From Candidatus Thorarchaeota archaeon (lineage in GTDB: Archaea; Asgardarchaeota; Thorarchaeia; Thorarchaeales; Thorarchaeaceae), in contig JBHLRP010000001.1 of assembly GCA_048882485.1 (NCBI GenBank), positions 160,001 through 224,000 on the forward strand: a stretch of 64,000 bases of DNA, written 5' to 3'. How positions within the stretch are numbered: position 1 is the stretch's first letter; every line of letters starts with the position of its first letter. The position numbers were made by a program, and so were the translations under genes. The notes under the pieces are model-generated. The model did not search any database, was not told the origin of the DNA, and saw nothing but the letters and a program-made list of their open reading frames with translations. This document shows positions 57,783 through 64,000 of this stretch, in pieces.

Positions 57783-60700
57783 GTGAAGCTGAAGCTATTA
57801 ACAGTATCAATCATTGCGCTCTTTGTTGTAAGCGCTTTCAGTGTCATCCCGAGTACACCACTGTTGGGTACACATACAATGCCAACAGCAGCCGATGAAA
57901 CCCCTATTGGCTGGGAAGACCTCACTCCTGATATCCAAGCAAAGGTCTCTGAGATGTTCGCACCCACTGTTCAGACTATGCCATCTGACCAGGACATTGG
58001 TCAGGTTCTTGGCGACCGCGTGAACGACTATAAGCTGAATTATGAACCTTGGCGTTCCAAAGCTGCAATCCATGCGATTGCATATGATGAAGGGACAGGC
58101 TTTCTAGCAATGGGTGGAGGCTATTTGTATGACAACCAGATTCACATCTTCCGGCTCAATACTGAGACTCAGCTCTGGGACAAGGTCTGGGATACTGGAG
58201 ACAGTGTCTTCCAAAGCGATGTGATGGCTCTCGACTTTGCTGATACTGACCTTAACAACTTCATCGAAATCATTGCTGGATGCTCCGACGGATTTGTATA
58301 TGTCTTTGAACAGCGCCATCTGTACGATCCCTACGCCAACACTGAGAACCAATTTGACCATGTTTGGACATCTCCCGACATGTTCCGAGTCTTCGCCCTA
58401 AAGGTCGATGATGTCGACAGGGACTACAGACCTGACATCATAGCAGGTGGATGGGATGGCAAACTGCACCTGTTTGAATACGACAATCACTCTGGCTATC
58501 CATTTGTAGAAGAACACTGGATAACCTATGATGAAGTAGCGACGCTTGAAGTTGGCGAGAAGATATACAGCTTGGAGACCGGTGATACAAATTACAACGG
58601 TCTTCCTGAGATCGTCTGTGGTTCGAGAGATGGGACTGTCTACGTCTTTGAGAACGATGGGATCACCATCATGATCAATGGGCAGCCCTTCCCTCTGATT
58701 TATGACAATCACTACTATCTCAACTGGACCTCTGAGAACTATACCTGGACACCGATACAATCTATGGCTGTTGGTGAGCTTGATGGTACTCCGGGCGATG
58801 AGATTGTCATGGTCGCTCAGGGCCAAGGAGTCTTTACTCTTGAGTGGAATCCATTGAGGAAGACCTACGACTACCAAAAGGTCTACCGTGGCTTCAAACC
58901 TTGGGAGACATTTGGGTTCTGGCAGCTTGACAATTATGTCGACAGAATGATCTATGCACATAATGTCACTTATCACGACCCAGTGAATCCTGGCATTATA
59001 GAGAATGAACCTATCCAGTATGTCTGGAATGAGATTCTCGAGATATTTGAGCCAGATGCGAGCGTCTATCCATACAACTCAGGAATGGCTGGTCCTGTGC
59101 ATCTGCCAGGAGGAGGGATAGATGCCAACTTCTCTAGATTCAATGCCTTTTTGGTTGGGGTTGACAACGCAACAGCAATTCTCGACTTCGGCCTCGACGA
59201 GGAGGGAACTGGTGGGGCGAATAGCTATGATGACATGCTCGTCTATTTCAAATCAGGGACGGATATGAGTCATCTCCAGTATGACTTCTGGCTATACATC
59301 TCGCAAGATGGCACAGACTGGGAACTCGTTTCCTCAGAATACTACAATCCTGTTGGAAACATCCTCGGCGTGGATGTGGATGATGTGCTATCACCTAGGA
59401 AATGGGATTGGTTTAGATATGTCAAGATAATGGTGAATAATTCTGCATATTATGAGGTGAATGGAATAGAGCTTGTGCAAGTATACAATACGCTGACTGA
59501 TGCATTGAGTGTGACCGTCGGTCCGCTTCGGTTGGATGGCTTAAGCTATCTTCAGGGTCTTGAGGAGCCAATCAAAGTCTTAGTAGGCAGCGTGACTGGC
59601 GAAATCAATGCAATCATGTATAATGACACCACCCATGAGTACGAAGTAATATACGACTCAGGGGATGACTCGTTCTATACATTTGGTGCCAACATATGGG
59701 ATATGGTCTATGTTGGGAATGAGCCTGATGTGCCAACATGGAACTGGCAATATGGGATGGCGTGGCCCTCCGATTTTGGTACAACCTACAACTCATGGAG
59801 CTATGCGAATCTTGATCCTTGGCTCTGGGGTAGCTCCACATTCAACTACCTCATGGGAACAAATGAGGGCCAGGTCCGTGCATTTACAGTCCCTGATGTT
59901 GTCCCAATTGCATCTGAGCCAGTCATTGATGTCACGACACAGTCATACTTCAACAACATCAACGTTGAGCTCCCTCTGGATGGATGGGTGAACGTATCAG
60001 TTGAAGCACCTCTCTTCGTGAATGAATTGGAGGTTGCCAATCCCTATAGCATATGGCCATTCATCGCGATGGGCGTTCTCAATCCTTCAATTCCTATTGA
60101 GAGTATTCCCCTCACTGCTGAGGAGGGCTCTCCCTCAAGAGCTTCGATCGTGTTCTATTATAGGGATTCAGAGATATCGAATTTCAACCACCGTATTGAC
60201 CTCTACGAGGTAGATACCACTGGGGAACTCACCGAGTTAATCAATCTGGCAAAAGCTGAGCCTAAGCTAGACTTTGCAGACTTCGATAATGATGGTGATC
60301 TCGATTTTGCTGTATCCAACGGATATGTCTACATGGCTAGAAACATGTGGTATGAAACGGGAGTGATGAATTTCACCTATGTCAGGGGGTACTTTGATAA
60401 GATCAATTCCAAGGAAACTAGCAAGGTCTGGGGTCAACCTGAAATGGTGGACATCGATTCAGATGGCGATCTTGATATAATCATGAGCTATGCGAACAGC
60501 ATGGGGGCAACATGCTGGATCAATGATGGCACCTCGGAGGTTCCAATCTGGGTGGAAGACAAGAAGATCATGTCCAATCCACTCCCTGAAACCAACATGA
60601 AATATCAGAACTTCACTGATGTTCGAATCGTGCCCAAGATTGGAGGATACACCAGTGGCTATACCCTCGAGAGATGGTATGAATTCTGGGGATGGGACAT

Positions 60701-63700
60701 GGACTTTGATTGGACGCTAGCTGGTTATCGAGAATACAACCAAAGGATAGCATGGGCAGCGCCTGAATTCGATACAACAGAGAGCTACATTGTTGCTAGC
60801 TACCCAAGGGTAGCCCAACTCGACCTGTCTCTCATGAGTGGCGGAATAGATGGACTCGAGCTTTATAGTAACATTGGGTTCCACGTGCATGAATCATGGA
60901 GTAATGATGCAGATCTTGAGGAGTGGACACTCTCAATAACCACTGGGGATATCGATGGAGATGGGAATGGAGAGCTGATAGTCGGAGACTATGACAACAA
61001 TGTCTATGCTTTCGAGCACTTGGCGAATAATACCTACAAACGCATGTTCCGGTCTTTCGACCTCAATCACAGTGAGGTAACGGACATCTCTCCGTATCTC
61101 TATGAGGAGTTGGAAGGAATCTCAGGTGAATTCAATAGAAAGATCTGGGACCACGCCAAACACCTGGTTGCCGATGTTGACCTCGACCAAGATGGGTACA
61201 AGGAGATAATTGTGGCATCGAATCTCCAAATCTATGTCTTTGAAGATGAGGGTCTCTATGGAGGCGACCTCCTGACCTTCCAATACTCTATTGATCTTCG
61301 GGAATCAAACTGGGCAACGAGAACTCCATTTGTAAACGACGTGACTGAAATAACTGCAATGGCTGCGGGAGATGATTTGGACTATAATGGAGAACTCGAA
61401 TTGGCTGTCGCTGCTGGCCCATATCTCCTGATTTATAACATCCCGGTCGGTTCCTTTGAGGGATTCGAGGACAAGGAGTACTTCGTAACATCACCTGGAC
61501 TAGAAGGCCGATACTTCCTCGTAGGCAATCCGGAGTTCTCAGACTTCAGGTACTATTACATAAATGCGATGGTCCTCTGTGACACCGACAAGGATGGCTA
61601 TAGAGAGGTCTTGATAGGAGGAATCAACGATACTCGTCTTGTTCGTCAGAACGGTTTTGTTACTCTCTATGAGTGTCAGGGTGGCACTTTCTATGAAGCT
61701 TGGCATGCACCGCCAGAGGTGACCTATTGGAATCCAGTAAGTGTTTTGGCACTCGATGACCAGGATATGGACGGGTCACAAGAGATTGTAATTGGGCACA
61801 CCAACGGATTCGACTTGTGGGAGTGGATACCTGGAACAGATTCTCAGTACCAGAAGGTGGAATACGTGACAGCATCGCCAAACTATCCGAAAGTTCCATT
61901 GCGAACGAGCTACCATTCCTCGGATTCGTTGCTCAATTCAGCATTAACAAACCGTTCCATCAATGACTTGGCTCATGGTGTATATGGGATTCAAGAGAAT
62001 TGGACACTTATGGTATATGAGAATGGGCAAGAGATTTGGTGGAAATGGTACTCGGAGGTTGATGATGTATGGACTCCAGGCGCAAAATGGATGGATTTGG
62101 CTGGCCTCGCGTATACAGGCAATCTCAGCAACATAGTTTCAGAAATTCGTCCAAGTGTCCTGATTCCAGGCAATGGAGACATCTACGCTTCGTGGGAAGC
62201 GTATGATTCTGGCGGTCAGCACTATATCGCCTTGAGTTGGGGTGATGTGTCAGCAGGCGTCTGGCATGGCCCTATCCTTTGGCCTGATACTTATGGAATT
62301 CAGCCTATCGGTACCACATTCTATGATCGATACTACCCGAGCCTCTTTGAGTATGACTCAACCCATATTGGAATTGTTTTCATGTACGATGCATGGAATA
62401 TATTCACTGGAAATGTCTATGGACGTGTTGGAGCTGCATACATCAATGAGGACCTGTCAGGCGGTTGGGCAAACAATCATCCCAACTTCAATGACAGGAC
62501 CTACTATCAAGTGCACGATGTCGATGTCGTTGAGCTTAATGATGGTGATTTTGCCATTGCAATGTCAGCAGTCTATACACGGGCCGGAAAGGCTGACCAT
62601 GATATATGGGTAGTTGTGGGTAACAATGAATTCAACTTCACGGAAACGAATCCTCACCAGGCAACAACATCCTATGACGATGAGATGTTCGCATCGATTG
62701 ATGAGCTGAAATCTGAAGAGCATGCAATAGTCGTTGCGTACGAATCAATAGGAGTGGAGCTGGAAGATAGGCTCGGTATGGTTTCAAGCAAAACAAAGGG
62801 CAGAGAATGGAGCTATCAAGAAACACTCAACACTATCCCTGAATACATTGAGAGAACTGAGATGCCGGGAGGCTATGTCTACTATTCGCTCAAGGGATCT
62901 CCCATCAAGATATATCAGCTCTCAATATTCTCTCCCTCCGTGTTGGCGAGTGATGGAGCAGGATTCATGTATACGGCGACCTTCAGCTATAGACTGTACC
63001 TCCCACCGGGAATGGTTTCAGACAAGGGCTTCTGGATCGCTGTGCACGACATTGTCTACGGACGAAATCCACAGTCTGACTGGGCTCTGAACCACCTCCG
63101 AGATGTCATTGACCTTGATGTCGGCGATACAGATTCCGATGGCAGACGTGAAGTCGTGGTTGGATTTGAGAACCAGGTGGGTGTCTACGAGATGAAGCGC
63201 TCTACCAATGGCACCGACTTCATGAGCCATGAGGAGGCCTGGTTGTCCAATCCATTCGATAATCCCGTAACTGGCGTCACTGTATATGACACCAATGGCA
63301 ATGGGTGGGAGGAAATTGGAGTATCTTCGGAAAGAGGAGATGTATATATCTACGAGTATCTCGATCCGTCAGAAGGAGCAGTCAATCTGAAATACTCACA
63401 GCAGGCTTGGACCTATTCCACATACGGCGATCAGGATCCGCTTTTTGATGGTCTCCTATATCCGGACCTGATGCAAGCCTACGACCTGGATCAGGATGGA
63501 AGAGATGAGATAATTCTCGCGTCGTATCAACTCGGCATTATCCAGGCAATAGACGAGTTTGGGAGTCAAATCTGGGAGAATGCAGATGATGTATTCGATG
63601 GATTCTCAAGCATAATTCTGAGCGACCTATATGCTGATGGACTGCCTGAGATAATAGCTACATCGAAAGACGGCAACCTCTATGTCTTCAACATCCAAAC

Positions 63701-64000
63701 AGGGACTCTAAATTGGAGCTACAGCTCCACTGACCCGTTGTACTCCGTCACTACAGGTGATCTGACTGGTGATAGTATTCCAGAGATTGTATTCACGGAT
63801 GAGCTGGGATTCATCTACGTGATTAATACCACTGCTGATTTGTTGAACACCATCTCAACAGCTGGCACCATCATCTTTTCACCGTTGATTGGGAACTTCA
63901 CAGAAGCCCCGGACCCACAACTTGCATTTCTGACCGTAAATGAAACAATAGTAGTGATGAATCCGTTAAATGGAAGCTTATACTACAAGAGTCTCGATAA
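57783..64000 (+). CDS. Giant secreted FG-GAP/VCBS-repeat beta-propeller protein, 3'-partial (not in ORF track)
   Basis: GGAGGTG at 57770-57776, then GTG 57783 giving MKLKLLTVSIIALFVVSAFS. Frame checked at several points and open to the window end (2072 codons). At least 16 repeats such as ADTDLNNFIEIIAG, ADFDNDGDLDFAV, GDIDGDGNGELIVG, GDTDSDGRREVVVG and GDLTGDSIPEIVF. Confidence 0.9.
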   Translation, partial: MKLKLLTVSIIALFVVSAFSVIPSTPLLGTHTMPTAADETPIGWEDLTPDIQAKVSEMFAPTVQTMPSDQDIGQVLGDRVNDYKLNYEPWRSKAAIHAIAYDEGTGFLAMGGGYLYDNQIHIFRLNTETQLWDKVWDTGDSVFQSDVMALDFADTDLNNFIEIIAGCSDGFVYVFEQRHLYDPYANTENQFDHVWTSPDMFRVFALKVDDVDRDYRPDIIAGGWDGKLHLFEYDNHSGYPFVEEHWITYDEVATLEVGEKIYSLETGDTNYNGLPEIVCGSRDGTVYVFENDGITIMINGQPFPLIYDNHYYLNWTSENYTWTPIQSMAVGELDGTPGDEIVMVAQGQGVFTLEWNPLRKTYDYQKVYRGFKPWETFGFWQLDNYVDRMIYAHNVTYHDPVNPGIIENEPIQYVWNEILEIFEPDASVYPYNSGMAGPVHLPGGGIDANFSRFNAFLVGVDNATAILDFGLDEEGTGGANSYDDMLVYFKSGTDMSHLQYDFWLYISQDGTDWELVSSEYYNPVGNILGVDVDDVLSPRKWDWFRYVKIMVNNSAYYEVNGIELVQVYNTLTDALSVTVGPLRLDGLSYLQGLEEPIKVLVGSVTGEINAIMYNDTTHEYEVIYDSGDDSFYTFGANIWDMVYVGNEPDVPTWNWQYGMAWPSDFGTTYNSWSYANLDPWLWGSSTFNYLMGTNEGQVRAFTVPDVVPIASEPVIDVTTQSYFNNINVELPLDGWVNVSVEAPLFVNELEVANPYSIWPFIAMGVLNPSIPIESIPLTAEEGSPSRASIVFYYRDSEISNFNHRIDLYEVDTTGELTELINLAKAEPKLDFADFDNDGDLDFAVSNGYVYMARNMWYETGVMNFTYVRGYFDKINSKETSKVWGQPEMVDIDSDGDLDIIMSYANSMGATCWINDGTSEVPIWVEDKKIMSNPLPETNMKYQNFTDVRIVPKIGGYTSGYTLERWYEFWGWDMDFDWTLAGYREYNQRIAWAAPEFDTTESYIVASYPRVAQLDLSLMSGGIDGLELYSNIGFHVHESWSNDADLEEWTLSITTGDIDGDGNGELIVGDYDNNVYAFEHLANNTYKRMFRSFDLNHSEVTDISPYLYEELEGISGEFNRKIWDHAKHLVADVDLDQDGYKEIIVASNLQIYVFEDEGLYGGDLLTFQYSIDLRESNWATRTPFVNDVTEITAMAAGDDLDYNGELELAVAAGPYLLIYNIPVGSFEGFEDKEYFVTSPGLEGRYFLVGNPEFSDFRYYYINAMVLCDTDKDGYREVLIGGINDTRLVRQNGFVTLYECQGGTFYEAWHAPPEVTYWNPVSVLALDDQDMDGSQEIVIGHTNGFDLWEWIPGTDSQYQKVEYVTASPNYPKVPLRTSYHSSDSLLNSALTNRSINDLAHGVYGIQENWTLMVYENGQEIWWKWYSEVDDVWTPGAKWMDLAGLAYTGNLSNIVSEIRPSVLIPGNGDIYASWEAYDSGGQHYIALSWGDVSAGVWHGPILWPDTYGIQPIGTTFYDRYYPSLFEYDSTHIGIVFMYDAWNIFTGNVYGRVGAAYINEDLSGGWANNHPNFNDRTYYQVHDVDVVELNDGDFAIAMSAVYTRAGKADHDIWVVVGNNEFNFTETNPHQATTSYDDEMFASIDELKSEEHAIVVAYESIGVELEDRLGMVSSKTKGREWSYQETLNTIPEYIERTEMPGGYVYYSLKGSPIKIYQLSIFSPSVLASDGAGFMYTATFSYRLYLPPGMVSDKGFWIAVHDIVYGRNPQSDWALNHLRDVIDLDVGDTDSDGRREVVVGFENQVGVYEMKRSTNGTDFMSHEEAWLSNPFDNPVTGVTVYDTNGNGWEEIGVSSERGDVYIYEYLDPSEGAVNLKYSQQAWTYSTYGDQDPLFDGLLYPDLMQAYDLDQDGRDEIILASYQLGIIQAIDEFGSQIWENADDVFDGFSSIILSDLYADGLPEIIATSKDGNLYVFNIQTGTLNWSYSSTDPLYSVTTGDLTGDSIPEIVFTDELGFIYVINTTADLLNTISTAGTIIFSPLIGNFTEAPDPQLAFLTVNETIVVMNPLNGSLYYKSLD

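Noticed and set aside
57807-63230. Short ORFs listed by the track in the last 6 kb
   Set aside because: All lie within the long open frame starting at 57783, which explains the region.
1-64000. tRNA, rRNA, transposase or integrase genes
   Set aside because: None recognised by eye in intergenic regions or ORFs; tRNAscan-SE and Infernal would be needed to exclude them formally.

Overview
Gene-dense archaeal chromosomal window, most likely from an Asgard archaeon of the Thorarchaeota type. This is inferred from Rab-like and longin-like domains, a paralogous LRR family and giant single-pass surface proteins. Left part: partial DUF4139 gene, a complete dpp/opp-type ABC transporter operon, ppdK, a fold-II PLP enzyme and a membrane-anchored methyltransferase. 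About 33 kb encodes five giant cell-surface proteins. Three are related Ig-like-repeat membrane proteins: one with an N-terminal LamG-like and a cytoplasmic longin-like domain, and a translationally coupled tandem pair sharing a conserved cytoplasmic tail. The other two are a 2183-aa protein with Ca-binding DxDxDG repeats and a >2070-aa FG-GAP-repeat protein that is missing from the ORF track because it runs off the window end. Between them lie a four-gene operon (DUF362, polyprenyl-phosphate phosphoribosyltransferase, PHP phosphoesterase, UPF0104 flippase-like protein) that looks like an undescribed lipid-linked pentose pathway, an operon joining a degenerate Rab-like pseudo-GTPase, a LOG-family protein and a PPP Ser/Thr phosphatase, a PIN-domain fusion protein, and an LRR gene broken by an in-frame stop. 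No tRNA, rRNA, CRISPR array or transposase was recognised. All assignments come from motif reading by eye; no searches were run.
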